A stretch of 64,000 nucleotides of DNA from an uncultured Planctomycetaceae bacterium (GCA_963813715.1 CAWFAK010000007.1:832001-896000), one strand, 5' to 3'; shown: positions 1 through 12,768, counted from the first letter of the stretch. Numbers and translations: made by a program. The notes: generated by a model from the sequence alone, not told the origin.

Positions 1-512
1 CGAACGAGGCGGTCCGAGACGCGAATCTCCATCGACGGAGCTGTGAGTTTCGTGCACAAAGACGCTAGGCGGACGGAATCTCCGGCGTATTTCGCGAAAG
101 TCATGCGTTTTCCGGTATCACCATCAAACGACCCATATCCGGGAGGGGACTGCCTCGAGCCTCACCGCGGTCGCCGTGGTCATCACGTACGGCGCTCAGC
201 CAATACCGGCTGATCCGGTCGAACCGTTGATGCTCGAAGCGACGGGACGCATTCAACGTATTGACGGAAGTCGCCACGCTCCGCATCGCCACCTTCAACT
301 TCCATGCGTGTGTTGGACACGACGGAATCCGAGATCTTGGCCGCACAGCACTTGACTCAGGCAGGCGCACCACGAACTCGACCGAGGCGTGACCAATTCG
401 CAACGCATTTCTCGAATCCGGTACCGTGCCGTGCTCCGGCCGCCAACTCGCAGCATTGTGGGCTAATCGGCGCGGTTCATACGACAGCTTCGGATCGCGA
501 AGAAGCGCGACT

Positions 513-1253
513 TCAAGGTCTTTCAAGACGGTTGACGGCAGGCAACTGAACTTGCCTTGCTTGCCCTTTTTCCTCCGCGGTATCCGTACTTTCCGGCAAA
601 ATTCTTGCGGGATTGCCGACAGCAACCACCTGTTCCGGAAGATCATGCAGGACCACTGCACCGGCGCCCACCGACGTCCTGGAGCCGATTGCGATACCCG
701 GAAGAATCTGAGCACCAAGTCCGATGTGGCAAAGGGCGCCGATGCGAACCCCTCCCCCCGTGGTTGCGTTCGGTGCGACGTGCGCGAAATCGCCGATCGA
801 TACGTCATGCTCAATAACAGCCGCCGTATTAATTATGGCACCTCGACCCACTTGCGAACCTGCGTTCAAGACTGCCTTGGCCAACACGACAGCCCCTTCG
901 CCGATTACGGTAGAGGAAGCAATAGTCGCATCCGGATGAATGACTGTGAGCAATTGGATTCCGTTCTCGGTGCATTCCCGCCACAGACGCTGCCGATCGA
1001 ATTCCTTGCCAATGCCCAGCGCCACAGCGATCAGACGCGCTTCTGCTTCGCGAAAAAGCCAATCATGACCAGCGATGACGGGACGACCAAGTACACACGT
1101 GCCTTGAATCGCCTCATTGCAATCGATGAAACCGTCGATTTCGTCCGACACCATAAGGGACAATGCGTCGGCAACGACTTTCCCGTGGCCGCCGGCACCG
1201 ACAACAACAACTAACTCAGTGCCAGGACGCAGTACGCAGTGTGGTGAAATCAT
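513..1253 (-). CDS. NeuD/PglD-family sugar acetyltransferase
   Basis: N-terminal VVGAGGHGKVVAD motif, hexapeptide left-handed beta-helix repeats (IEHDVSIGDFAHVAP), C-terminal VGNPAR; start uncertain (1253 or 1283). Confidence 0.9.
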   Translation of the reverse strand: MISPHCVLRPGTELVVVVGAGGHGKVVADALSLMVSDEIDGFIDCNEAIQGTCVLGRPVIAGHDWLFREAEARLIAVALGIGKEFDRQRLWRECTENGIQLLTVIHPDATIASSTVIGEGAVVLAKAVLNAGSQVGRGAIINTAAVIEHDVSIGDFAHVAPNATTGGGVRIGALCHIGLGAQILPGIAIGSRTSVGAGAVVLHDLPEQVVAVGNPARILPESTDTAEEKGQARQVQLPAVNRLERP

Positions 1254-1489
1254 GGTAGAAGTCGCCCATTCAACAAAAATCAATTCAGCAAGTTGGCCCT
1301 GTTGCCGCCATGAAATTGATTTTCAGGAACGGCCACGCACTCTCAGGGTCGAGGGCATCGTCCGATGACTCGGAGGCTCTTTCAATGTGCTTGGGCAATT
1401 GCCGAAATAAAATGGCTCAATATTCATTATTGCGATAGTGCCTTAACCCTCCGCAAGAGGCAGTGCTCCCATGAAGGGCGAATATTCCT

Positions 1490-1670
1490 TGACCTGATCG
1501 GATCCGGACGCCAATGGTCTCCACAGAATAGAGGCCCCAGGCCTCTCGAAGAACTGCCTTGTCCAGCTCGGCGTCAGCCAGCAGCCGCTTTAACCGAGCG
1601 TTCTCCTTCTCCAGTCCTTCATCCGCTTGGCCTGGTCGATCGGAATGCCGCCGTTACTCCTTCCCGTCCG
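1490..1670 (-). mobile_element. Degenerate IS3-family remnant (orfA C-terminal fragment plus probable end)
   Basis: Minus strand translates across indels as RKE(Y)GGIPIDQAKRMK..EKENARLKRLLADAELDKAVLREA, typical of the IS3 OrfA leucine zipper; ends in CAGGTCA. Confidence 0.7.
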
Positions 1671-1886
1671 CGTCAAACTGCTCTAAAACTCGTCGCTCGA
1701 CCTCGCGACACCACGCCAATTGCGTGTCGTAATTGCGAGCGTGCGGCCAGGACGCCGTCCGCAGGCTATGCAGGGGGCGGGTTCGATAACCTACCGCTGA
1801 TTCGCCCGATCCGCAGCGAATGCCGACAGTAGAATGCCCTGGTCTGGAAAGACCGAGCCAATGCCTTGAGGATTCGAGGTCACACC

Positions 1887-2583
1887 ATGCCGACCACGCC
1901 CCACGTCGAGAAGCACTTCACGTCGTCGGCAATCGTCCGTGACATCGTGATTGGGATGTCGGACGGCCTCACAGTTCCGTTTGCCCTGGCTGCGGGTCTC
2001 ACCGGAGCCGTGGACACAACGACCATCATCATCACGGCCGGCATTGCCGAGATCGCCGCTGGTTCGATTGCCATGGGGCTGGGCGGCTATTTGGCCGGAA
2101 GAACCGACTTGGAACACTTCGAGACCGAAAGGGCCAGAGAAATCCGAGAGACCGAGGAACTTCCAGAGAAAGAGAAGGAAGAGGTTGCTGAGATTCTTTC
2201 AGTCATACGGTCTGGAAGAGGAGACCGTGAGCAAAGTCGTCAAGGCGATCAGCGCCGACCAAAAGCGGTGGGTCGATTTCATGATGCGGTTCGAGTTGGG
2301 CCTGGAAGAGCCAGACCCTCGCAGGGCCAGGACCAGTGCAGCCGTGATTGCCGTGTCTTACATCGTGGGCGGACTGGTGCCGTTGTCTCCGTACTTCTTC
2401 TTCTCCTCGGCGAGAGCGGCATTGCCGGTGTCTGTGAGCGTGACGCTGGTGGCCTTGGCGGTGTTCGGCTACGTCAAAGGTCGGTTCACCGTCGCCAAAC
2501 CGCTCAAAAGCGCATTGCAAACTGTGGTCGTTGGCGGGTTGGCTGCTGCTGCTGCGTTCGCCATTGCCCGCATGATTGGATGA
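1887..2583 (+). CDS. VIT1/CCC1 family Fe/Mn transporter (one frameshift near 2197)
   Basis: RDIVIGMSDGLTVPFALAAG, AEIAAGSIAMGLGGYLA, then WVDFMMRFELGL in the shifted frame. Confidence 0.9.
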
Positions 2584-2808
2584 CTTACATGACGCCCCGC
2601 GAAATCTGGATCGATAATCGACTGCGGGCCCTCGTTGAATTCGCGGCGGCAATCGCCCCGCAAGCGAACTTGATCGTTCCGGTGTGGCTTGCGACTCCAC
2701 AACGGTCCCGTCTACCCATACCTTTTTGACTTGAGTCGTTTAACGACCGATAAATGGTCGGTGTGGTCGCGTCACCGGCCCTCAGTAGTTCCCGAGGCAC
2801 GAACAAGG

Positions 2809-3268
2809 CTACGGAATCAACTCGGGATCGACGAGGCAGGTAATCTTCCATAGGCCGTCTTGAAACTGCATGGCGACTGCCGCCTCGAACTGGACGACAG
2901 CGCGATTCGCATCGCCGACAACCAGCTGACTCACGAGGTGCCCCAGAAACGGAAGGTGCCCGACAATCATCAGCCTGTTTTCGTGGCCGTCAATGAGGCG
3001 GCGAGTGGGCGCACGTCATCATCAGGACCGAATCCGCGGAGTACGGTCGCGCCCTTCGCCGGCATCAGGTAGTCGGCGAGAATTTCCGCCGCCTGTTCGG
3101 CTCGTCGCTTGCCGCTGTGCAAGAGCTGGCGGCGGCCCACCGGGCAAGCCACTCGACGACTAGCCAGCCCGCCTGGGTCAATGGCCGGGAAGGGTCCATC
3201 TCCACGGAGACGGCTTCACCGTGCCGGGCGAGGTATACGATCTTCCGCTGGCTGTCGGTCGTGACCAC
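2809..3268 (-). pseudogene. sixA: Phosphohistidine phosphatase SixA, split over three frames
   Basis: YLARHGEA...RPLT..G, then HSGKRRAEQAAEIL, then LMIVGHLPFLGHLVSQLV to a TAG at 2809; two frameshifts and an apparently shortened middle. Confidence 0.75.
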
Positions 3269-3295
3269 GTTGCAACGCCTCCGTTCCTTGCCATC

Positions 3296-3571
3296 TCACG
3301 AACTGCTCTTTCTTGCGGAGTCGCGGAGTAGTCTTGGCCGCGTGGTTTGACCAGCGGACAACAGCTCATCGCCAGCGGAATTGACTTCGAGCAGAAAACC
3401 GTAGCCCTTACATTTCTCGGCGAGCGCCTCGATCACGGTCTGTGCCTGCATTGACGAGCGGAAAATCGAAGCCTCTTTGCGAACGCCGAAGATACAACGC
3501 GTCTCCGGCCGCGAAGGCGTCACCCACAATTCGGCTCCCGAGGCACTAACTGCTTTCACGACGTAGCCCAT
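3296..3571 (-). CDS. Small hypothetical protein, paralog of 39161..39391
   Basis: ATG at 3571; aligns without gaps to the 39161..39391 protein. Confidence 0.65.
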   Translation of the reverse strand: MGYVVKAVSASGAELWVTPSRPETRCIFGVRKEASIFRSSMQAQTVIEALAEKCKGYGFLLEVNSAGDELLSAGQTTRPRLLRDSARKSSS

Positions 3572-3730
3572 ACCGGTGCGCTCCGGTTTGACAACGACAG
3601 ATCGAGCACTGTCCACGGCGCTCAGCATGTGCGGGAACGAGGGCCGATGCAAGAAAAATCAGTGACTGGACTTCGACGACTGCCATTTTTCGCGTCGCCA
3701 ACTCTCACGGCGGAACCGGGGCCGGTCCAG

Positions 3731-3920
3731 AATCTCAACCGTTTCTTGCCATTCCGGTTAATCAACCGATAAGTGCCGCCGTGACAGGCACCGGAAACTC
3801 ATCCGTTTTTCGCCACTCGCTCCGCGTCCCGAAAACTCATACGTTTTGGCGGAATCCGGCCTCAAGCTGTGAGAGCGAATCAAACGCTCGGACATCGGCG
3901 CAGAATTTCGAACGTTTTTG
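3731..3920 (+). repeat. Island repeat copy R1 (boxes A-B-C-D)
   Basis: AATCTCAACCGTTT / AACTCATCCGTTTTT / AACTCATACGTTTTGGCGGAATC / TTCGAACGTTTTT. Confidence 0.9.
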
Positions 3921-4069
3921 ACAGCGACAGGAATCCAAATAAAGTGCTTGACCGTCGCCCACCGCGGGATTCCAATCTGGGTGGGTAACGGCTCCCGCAG
4001 TGACAAGACGATCGCAACTGCGAACGCCAGAAACACCTAAGTCGTGGTTCGAGCTGGAGTCGGCTATCC

Positions 4070-4705
4070 ATGGCGATTTGTTTTCCCAGGCGTCGAGTTC
4101 TTGGCTTGCCGGCCTGGTTGTGGGTCGTGTTGCCGATCCCCCTTCTGGCGCTAGGAAGTTCGCTGTGGATGTTTTGGCTTCCGTCGAGCCTCGATGAGCC
4201 GCCTGAGAGAGCCGAAATCTTCCGCGACCTCGTCCTCATCACCCGCCAGGGGGAGACTTGCCGGTTCGTGCCCTTCAGCGAGCAGAAGGGAGTGAAGCCG
4301 CTCTGGACCGTCAGCGTCATCACGAGTGCCAGATACAACCTCAAATGGGACACGCGGCACTACCTGCCGGGGCTTTTCCGCAGGCAGGCAAGTTGGACCT
4401 ACGAGTTGACGGCGAACCGCTTCGATCCCGACTGGAAAGATGACAAGCTGAACGCACTCACCTTGCCCGCGGAGCAAATTCGCCTGCTCCGGCCGCTCAT
4501 CGTCGCCGAAATGAATCGCCGCGACCCGGCGGCCCAGCGCGGAGACCGCCTCGAACGATTGCTAAACAATGGTTTTGAGGAGAAGTCGTCGTTCTGTCCA
4601 CAAAACGCGGTGATCGCGTTGGGGTGGCTTTCCGTGCCGTTGGCCTTCGTCGGCCTTTGTTCAATGTTTGTTCGCCCACGCAGGGCTGAAGTCCGGGCAC
4701 AGTGA
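4070..4705 (+). CDS. Hypothetical membrane protein with N- and C-terminal hydrophobic helices
   Basis: 211-aa ORF preceded by GGAG; hydrophobic segments at both ends; sole gene between R1 and R2. Confidence 0.7.
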   Translation: MAICFPRRRVLGLPAWLWVVLPIPLLALGSSLWMFWLPSSLDEPPERAEIFRDLVLITRQGETCRFVPFSEQKGVKPLWTVSVITSARYNLKWDTRHYLPGLFRRQASWTYELTANRFDPDWKDDKLNALTLPAEQIRLLRPLIVAEMNRRDPAAQRGDRLERLLNNGFEEKSSFCPQNAVIALGWLSVPLAFVGLCSMFVRPRRAEVRAQ

Positions 4706-4899
4706 CCCGTCGATGCCTCCGATGCCGCCACCGGCGGCAAAGCATGCTGATGAGTGTCGCTCAAGTCGGCTCTTGCCGCAGCACTTGGCTCACGCGAGTC
4801 GACTTCCGCCTCACGGAAAACTCCTTCCTTGTCCAACTCCGTTCAGACTGGGGAGACTTGGGACACTCGAACTCCAGAATCCGGAGGCCGTTTCTCAGG

Positions 4900-5094
4900 A
4901 ACTCAAACGTTTTCTGTGACGGCGAAAATCGACCGTTTGACGGGAGCCGCCGCTTGCCTCGTCCCGGATTCACATACGTTTTGTGACGCACGATTTTCGT
5001 GCCGGGAACTCAAGCGTTTTGTGAGAATCGCTCTTGACTGAATGATGGCCGCGGAATTGGGTTGAAGGGCAGCGCATCAAACGAACGTTTTTCG
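4900..5094 (+). repeat. Island repeat copy R2 (A-B-C-D, diverged)
   Basis: AACTCAAACGTTTTC..GAAAATCGACC / TTCACATACGTTTT / AACTCAAGCGTTTTGTGAGAATC / ACGAACGTTTTT. Confidence 0.8.
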
Positions 5095-5288
5095 ATTTGA
5101 TTCTATCCGCCCGCACGGGGCTTTGCGGATGACGGGAGCAAGCTCCGACCAGCAAGAAATCGCGGTCCCGTCCGAACTACACAAGAACGGCTTCCGGCTG
5201 TGTCGGAATGATGTTGTGCCGCCGTCCAGACGTTGGCGCGCTGCACGGCGGTCTTATTTCAGTGCGTGAGCGGTGGATGCGCCGGTCT

Positions 5289-6859
5289 TCAGGGTTTAGC
5301 GCCGGTCTCGGGCGTCGGCGGTGCTGGTGTCGCTGTGAGCTGGTGGTTGGCGACGGCTTGGGCGGGATGGCCCAATGCGTGATAGAGCCGGAACTGCGCT
5401 CGATCGTAGTCGGCAATCGCGCCGTAGTAGTCGGCGTAAGCCTGCGCCAGCGCCTGCAACGAGGCCACTGCTTCCTGGGGCCGAACGACGAGCACGACCA
5501 TGTTGCCGACCGACCTCGTTTGGCGCAAGCCTTCGAGGTTCTTGTCGGCGGAGTCGACGGCGTCTTTCAGTTCTGCTTCGGCTTCGGTCTGGCGAATCGT
5601 TGCCGAGCGGACGCCGGCGTCAGCCTTCACGACCTCGGCCGCGACGCGATCTTGAAGTCGACTGAGTTCCAGGACGGCGACTTCGTTCTCGGCCTGTCGC
5701 TGCCGCACGAGGGCATAATTGCCGAAACCCAGCTCCTTGAGTTCCCACAACACGGTGACATCGTAGTCGAAGCGTCCGCCGAAGTTGCTCAGGTCGTCGT
5801 TGGTGCCGCCGCCGAAGAATCCGCCCGCCAGCGTTCCCGTGGCAGACGTTGAGGTTCCGCGCGCAGGATGCTCGGCAAGAAGGGTCGCATTTTTTCTTGG
5901 CGGATTCGCGCCAACGTCGACTGCACCAAGGCCTGCTGACCCGAGAGTTCCGGCCGGTTCGTCAGGCCCATCGTCACGAGTTCCTCGACCGGCTGGTCCG
6001 GGGCGACGAGGGTCACCTGCAGATGGGGAGGTTCGACGGGCTCGGCAACCGTCGTCGCGTCCAGCCGCAAGACACGCATCAAGTCGGCGCTGGCAGTCCG
6101 CCACCGCTCGTGCGCCAATGCGACCGCTTGTTGGCTGCGCCGGGCCTGGGTCCGCGCGCGGACAACTTCCAGCCGAGGCACCAAACCTTGAGAGAGCGCC
6201 TGGACTCTCTGAACCAGGCTGTCGGCACGCCGAGCCACATCTTCAGCGCTGGCTAGGTCGCCTCGCGCTTGCTGCACGGTGAAATACGCTTCCGCAACTG
6301 CCAAGAGACTGTCGTTGCGAGCCGTTTGCAAGGCGGCATTGCGCGCCTCGACCACTCGGCGCGCGGCCAGCGGTTCAAAGATTGCGTCGCTGACGGCAAA
6401 CACTGCGTACGGACCGGCTCCGACCATGAACGACTGTTTGCTCGCGGGAGCAACATCCCCCTGCACGTCCTGGATCTGTCCGTCGTGACGAGAATAGTCG
6501 GGACCGATCATAATGGTCGGGAGCCACAACAGGTTGGCCTGCGTCAATTGAGAAGCGGCCACCTGAATCTGTTGGGAAGCGACCGCGACGTCGATCGGCT
6601 GCACGCCAGCGAGTTGGAAGGCCGTGGCTAAATTGATCGGGAAGGGACGATCGGCCCAGGGCGCGACGGGCTGATCGGCCGGCCCGCGATCAGAGGGCGG
6701 CGCGGGGGCCGGGTCGAACGATGCCACGATCTTCCCGGAGTACGACGTCTCTTGGGCGCGGACGGACGCGCTGGTGCCAAACAGCAGTGCGGCGAGCACT
6801 GCCCAGGCACGAATCGACGTCCAGGTACCGCGTTCCACGGTCCCTCCGGTGAACAGCAT
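5289..6859 (-). CDS. TolC-family outer membrane efflux protein (frameshift near 5860)
   Basis: Signal peptide, LAVAEAYF, NRPEL, YDRAQFRLYHALG; last gene of an RND operon. Confidence 0.85.
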
Positions 6860-6993
6860 CCCCTTAGCGCGCAAGAGCCTACGCAATCATTAGGTTCGGT
6901 AGAACCGGTCGTCTCGATGCTGGCCAACGGACAAACTGGCAGTGCGCCGAGGTTGAGAGGCGGCCGAGAGCCGGCAGAAGCTGCGCAGCTTTC

Positions 6994-8261
6994 CTACTTG
7001 TCGGCTTGGATCGCGCGCACAGATTGCCCATTTGCAAGGGGGGCCGGGCTGGAAACCACGATCTGCTCGTCCCCGGAGATCGGTATCCAGTGTCCCTCTG
7101 CGGCGGGCGATTCGGGCGTCTTCTGTAACATCAGCACTTCGATGAGTTCGCCCCCTTTGAGACCAATTTGCAAAGGCGTGCGAATCGCCTTGCCGTTTTG
7201 GACCCGGTAGCAGACTGCCTGATTTCCTTCGGTGAGGATGGCCGCGTCGGGCACGGTCCAGACGTTGGCGTGCTGCACGACAATGCTCGCTTGAACGTAC
7301 ATGCCAGGCAGCAGTTTCCCCTGCGGGTTCGGCAGGTCGATTTCGGTGCGAAGCGTGCGTGACCGCGGATCAAGGGCCCGCGCGTTGCGGGTGACCGTGC
7401 CGTGAAGCGGCTCTCCTCCCGCGCCCTGCACCTGGAGGCTGACCGGGTCGCCGTCCTTAATCCACGGGGCATCGCTGCCCGGGATGTTGACAAAGACCCG
7501 CACCGGATCGATCTGACTCAAGACAAACAGGGGCTGACGCGTGGTGCCTGTCGCTGGCTGCACAAAATCCCCCACGCTGATGTTGCGCTGCGTGACGACG
7601 CCTTTGTAGGCCGCCCGAATCTCCGCGTATTGCAGCATGGTCCGAGCGTAATCGCGGTTGGCCTTGGCGACTTCGAGCTGCGCTTCGGCCGTGGCTTCGT
7701 CCGCCTTGGCCTTCACCACGCCGGCTCGAGCGGCCTCGAATCCCAGCTGGGTCTCGTCGACATTTTCCTGATCGAGAACGCCGCTCTTTCCGACTCGTGA
7801 CAGCCGCTCATACTGAGATTGTGCACGCCTGAGTTGAGCGTCGGCCGTGAGGATGGCCGCCTTGGCTTGTGCGACCTGTGCGGCCGCGTGGCGAACGGCG
7901 GCCTGCTTCTGCTGCACTTCGACCTCCATCTCGGGGACGTGCAGCACGGCCAGAATCTGGCCCTCTTTCACATAGTCACCGATGTCCGCGTTCCATTTTT
8001 GCACGTAGCCGGTGATGCGGGCGTAAATCGACGTTTCCTGGAACGGCTCAATATTGAATCCCGGCTGCTCGAAGGGATGCAGCACAGTCTTTCGCTCCGG
8101 TCTGACAAGGCGCACCGTCTGTTCGGCCGCCGCCGATGGCGCCCCGCTTGCGCCAGTCTTGGACGCGCTCGGCAAGCCCTGCTCGCAGCCCGTCAGGAAG
8201 GCCGCGACAAGGACGCCGCCGATCAGACGAAGTGTTACGAGGCGCTACTCACGGCTGACAT
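6994..8261 (-). CDS. RND periplasmic adaptor (MFP), lipoprotein; probable indel near the 5' end
   Basis: IYARITGYV..DIGDYVKEGQIL lipoyl-like motif, coiled coil, LLPGMY; LTGC lipobox upstream of the called ORF; ATG at 8261 is out of frame by one base. Confidence 0.85.
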
Positions 8262-11200
8262 GGTTCCCTTGCTGCCGATCGCAATAGGGGCTGCCTGCGT
8301 CGTCCGGATCGAGCGAGGCCGACTGGACGCCGGCCCGTCCTTGGAACATCACAAACATCGCGGGCAACACAAGGAGCGTCGTAATCATGGAACCGGAGAG
8401 CCCCCCGATGACCGCCCGCGCGAGCGGGGCCGTTTGCTCTCCGCCTTCGCCGATTGCCAAGGCCATCGGAATCATGCCCGCGATCATGGCGCAGCTGGTC
8501 ATCAGAATCGGACGGACGCGGTGCCGGGCGCCGTCGATCGCCGCGTCGTTCGCGGCGGTCCCTTCGCGTCGCGCGCGTTCGGCAAAGGTGACCAAGAGGA
8601 TCGCGTTGGCGACCGCGACCCCGATGGCCATGATCGAACCCATAAACGATTGGATGTTGAGCGTGGTCCGCGTGGCCCACAAGACGAGCACGACGCCGGC
8701 AAGCACGGCCGGAATGGTGCACACGACCGCCAGCGCCAAGCGGAACGACTGAAAATAGGCTGTCAGCAACAGCAGGATCACGATCACCGTCAACAGCAGG
8801 CCGGCCGTCAGGCCCTCATAAATTTTCCCACCGGCGAGCGCTCCGAACATTTGCTGCATCGGCACAATTTGGCCCCGCACGTCGACCGTCGCACCGCGCG
8901 GGACCTCGCCGGCTGCCTGCAACGCCTGCGAAACTCGGCGCGAAACTCGGCCCAGGTCTTCGCCTTCGATATTCGCGGTCATGCTGATCAATCGCTTCAT
9001 GTTGTAGCGATCATATTCGCCCGGTACCGTCCCCTCGTGAATTCGCGAGACATCCTGCAAAAAGACCTGTCCGGCATGGTCCATCGGGACGCCCGAGCCG
9101 CGTCGGCTTCGTCCAGAGCCCGTATTCGTGCTTCCAATGGGCACCACGCCGATTTGCGCGGCCGAGTCCATGCGGGCGATCGGAATTTCCACCTGCACCT
9201 GATAGCCGATGCCCGTGTTGGAGTCGCGCCAGTAATTCGGCACAAGGAACCGGCTGGAAGATGTCGCCGCGACCAGCGAGTTGGCGACTCCCTGCGCCGT
9301 GATGCCGCTCGCGCCGGCCAGTTCGCGGTTCACAGTCACTTCGACCGCCGGATAGTCCTGGGACTGAACGAAGTGCAGGTCGCGGAGCGACGCGATTTTT
9401 TCCAGCTCCTGCCGAATCTTGTTGGCGAACGCCTGGTTGTCGGACATTTTCGGCCCGCTCACCGCGATTTCAATCGGCGTGGGCGAGCCGAAACTCATCA
9501 CCTCGTTAACGATATCGGCCGGCTCGAACGAGAGTTTGATCCCGCGCACTCTTTGAGCGGCCACCTCGGTTGAGACCTTTTCAGCCGCCAGTTTCTCGCG
9601 CAGCGAGTGCTCGAGAATATCCGGCAGCTCGTGACGCAGGTCCTCCTTGAGTTCGGCCACATGCACGCCGCTGCCTGACTTGAGGGCCACGCGCAGCACG
9701 GCCTCTTCCGGTCCGCTCATCCACAAATACACGGTGTTGATCGGATAGCTGGAAGGGATCAGCCCGACGTAGCCGAGCGAGATCGCCACGTTGTCCGGCC
9801 GAACTTTGTTCTTGATCGCGTTGAGTGCCTCGATCGCGAGCTGTTCGGTGACCTCGATGCGGGTGCCGGTCGGTGCCCGCAAGCGGAGCTGGAACTGCCC
9901 CGTGTCGACGGTCGGAAAAATCTCCCGACCGAGTTGCCCGCCGGCAAACCAGACCAGCCCCACGGCCGCCGCCAAGTAGATCGGCACGCCGACCCAACGC
10001 AGCGGCATCAGGCTGCGCACGAGTGCCGTATAGGCCGCACTCAGTCCGCCGCGCTCGCGGCCGGAGTCCTTTTCATGGCTTGCTTGCGATTGGTGCACGT
10101 GCCGCAGCAGCCAGACCGACACGACGGGCACGAACGTGCTCGACAGAAAATAGCTCGCCACCATCGCAAAGCCGACCGCCAGCGAAAGGGGCACAAACAG
10201 GGCCCGCGCCGAGCCTTCCATGAAGAACGACGGGATGAAGACGGCCAGCACGCACAGCATCGCCAACAGTCGCGGTACCGCCGTTTCATGATTTCCGCGC
10301 CGGACCGCGCGGGCGATGTTGGGCGTGTGCTCAAACTGCGTGTGGATGTTTTCGACCTCGACCGTTGCCTCGTCGACGAGAATGCCGACCGCCAGCGCGA
10401 GCCCGCCCAGCGTCATCAGGTTGATCGTCTGACCCGTCAGCCATAACCCGACGATGCTGCTCAAAAGGGCAAACGGGATATTGAGCACGACCACGATCAC
10501 GCTTCGCCAGTCGCGCAAGAACAAGAGCACCATCAGCCCGGTCAGCACCGCTCCCAACAGGGCTTCCGTGCCGACGCCCCAAATGGCCCGCGTCACGTAC
10601 GGGGACTGGTCGAACTCGAAACTGACGTCGATGTCTTCCGGGACAGCGGCCCGCATGTTCGGAAAGGTTGGCCTTCACGGCATTGACCACGGATAGAGTC
10701 GACGCGTCGGCTCGCTTCGTCACCACGATGTAGACGGCCCGTTTTCCGTTGACGAGCGCATAACCCGTCGGGATGTCGGTGCTGTCTTCGATCGTGGCCA
10801 GGTCGCGTAGGTAGACGTCGGTGCCCGGGCGCACCGGAATGCTTCCCAGATCCTTCGGATTCACGACCATCGCGTCGACGGGCACGATGGGCATTTGGTC
10901 CTTCACCCGGATGTTCCCGGATGGACTGATGGTGTTCCCGGTCACCAGCGCCTGAACGACTTCCTCGGGCGAAATGTTGTAGGAGCGCAACCGGTCGGGG
11001 TCGGTGCGGATCACGATCGTTCGCTGGTTGCCCCCGAACGGCGGCGGGGCCGAGACCCCCGGCAGGCTGGCGAACATCGGCCGAACCTTGAACAGAGCCT
11101 GATCCTGGATCTCGCCGATGGTCTTCGTCTTGCTCGACAACACCAGATAGCCGACCGAAACGTTGCCCGTGTCGAAGCGCATTACAAACGGCGGCACCGT

Positions 11201-11566
11201 GCCCGGCGGCATGAAGGCCCGCGCCCTGTTCACGTAGCCGATGGTCTCGGCCAGGGCCTGCGCCATGTCGGTGCCGGGGTGGAAGTAGAGCTTCATCAGG
11301 GCGGCGCCCTGGATGTTCCGTGATTCGACGTGATGAATGCCGGAGATGTAGAGGAAGTGATACTCGTAATAATTGGTGAGCAGGCCCTCCATCTGCCCGG
11401 GGTCCATCCCGCCGTAAGGCTGCGCCACATAAACGACGGGCAGATTGAGGGAGGGAAAGATGTCTACCTTCATCCGCGTCACGGCGAGGCCGCTGCCGAC
11501 CACGACCGCGGCAATCCCCACCATGACGGTGATCGGATGACGCAGTGCGAAGACGATGGGATTCAC
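8245..11566 (-). CDS. RND efflux permease, AcrB/CusA superfamily (frameshift near 10660)
   Basis: [42 protein letters not shown]. Confidence 0.92.
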
Positions 11567-11644
11567 GAAACTGAGATCCCGGGCCGGTGGCTTGATGACG
11601 GATCCGCCGGCATTCCCTGAGCGCGGACAGAAAACGCAGATTCC

Positions 11645-12046
11645 CTAGGCCTTCTTTGCACGGTCGTTTCTTCGCGGCCTGTGGGCTTGTGGTAAATTCC
11701 GTTTCCGTCGCAAGGCACGAAACGGCTCGTCCTTGTCCTCCAAAACTTCCGAGACGAGCTCCAAGAGCTTCTTTCGGGCGTCGGCGAGGACTTGTCGTCC
11801 GGCGCTCGTCGCCTGGTAATACTTCCGCTGCTTTCCGGCGACCACTTGGTGGCGGCTCTTCAGGTAGCCGAGTTCCTCCAGCATATGGAGCGTCGGATAC
11901 AGCGTCCCCTGGCTGAGCCGGTACCCGTGCCGTACCAGCTCCTCGGTGATTTCGGCTCCATAAATCGGCTCCTTCGTCGCGTGATAGAGGATATGCAGAC
12001 GAATGAAGCCGTGAAAAAAATGCCGTGTAACCGGATCATGAGCCAT
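11645..12046 (-). CDS. PadR-family transcriptional regulator
   Basis: IRLHILYHA..PIYG, LSQGTLYPTLHMLEELGYL, RKYYQAT..GR. Confidence 0.9.
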   Translation of the reverse strand: MAHDPVTRHFFHGFIRLHILYHATKEPIYGAEITEELVRHGYRLSQGTLYPTLHMLEELGYLKSRHQVVAGKQRKYYQATSAGRQVLADARKKLLELVSEVLEDKDEPFRALRRKRNLPQAHRPRRNDRAKKA

Positions 12047-12195
12047 AGTGTTGAACTTCGATGTTGATTTCCGACATAATATCGCGGCGACTTTGAGCGC
12101 GGCAAGTGGCGCTCCCGGGAAGAACCAAGGATTCACGCTTCGCCGACCGAGTCGACTTTCGATAGACCGCAGAACAGCTCCAAAGGGAGAATGTC

Positions 12196-12768
12196 ATGAG
12201 GCGCCACTGGCCGATCGTCGTCGCCCTTTTTGGTGGGCTGTGCCTTGGTATCGCGTTGGACGACCACGGCACCGGTCGCCGGACAGAAGCGAAAGAGGGC
12301 CCGAGGGTTCAGGATTCGGAGATCGCCGCGCTCAAGGCGGAAATCCAGGTCCTGAAGGACAGGGTGCCGGATCAGGCTCATGCGATGCAGGACGTCGCGA
12401 ATCAGTTCACCAACGTGTGGTTCGCGGAGGGAAAGCAGCACTGGGAACTGGCGAACTTCTACCTCGGGGAGACACGCAACCATCTGCGCTGGGCCGTGCG
12501 GATCATCCCGAAGCGCAAAGACCGCGCCGGGCGCGAAGTCGACCTGGTTTCAATCCTGCAGTCGGTGGAAAACGGCGCCTTGAAGCAATTGGAGGCGGCG
12601 ATCAAATCAAAGAATGACGAACGTTTTGTCGCAGCATACAAGTTCTCGCTGGAGAGCTGCTACGCGTGCCACAAAGCAGCGGACAAGCCGTACCTGCGAC
12701 CGCAGATCCCGACTGGACCCGGGACGCAGATTATCAATTTCGATCCAAGGGCAAAGTGGCCGCTGTGA
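12196..12768 (+). CDS. Exported monoheme c-type cytochrome-like protein
   Basis: Signal peptide, helical core, CYACH heme-attachment motif near the C-terminus. Confidence 0.75.
   Translation: MRRHWPIVVALFGGLCLGIALDDHGTGRRTEAKEGPRVQDSEIAALKAEIQVLKDRVPDQAHAMQDVANQFTNVWFAEGKQHWELANFYLGETRNHLRWAVRIIPKRKDRAGREVDLVSILQSVENGALKQLEAAIKSKNDERFVAAYKFSLESCYACHKAADKPYLRPQIPTGPGTQIINFDPRAKWPL

Noticed and set aside
101..500. Possible gene downstream of the acetyltransferase
   Set aside because: No frame gives a recognisable motif or a convincing start.
7819..9573. 584-aa plus-strand ORF and similar long antisense ORFs (14703, 21081, 26177, 41719)
   Set aside because: These are shadows of well-supported genes on the opposite strand, expected in high-GC DNA.
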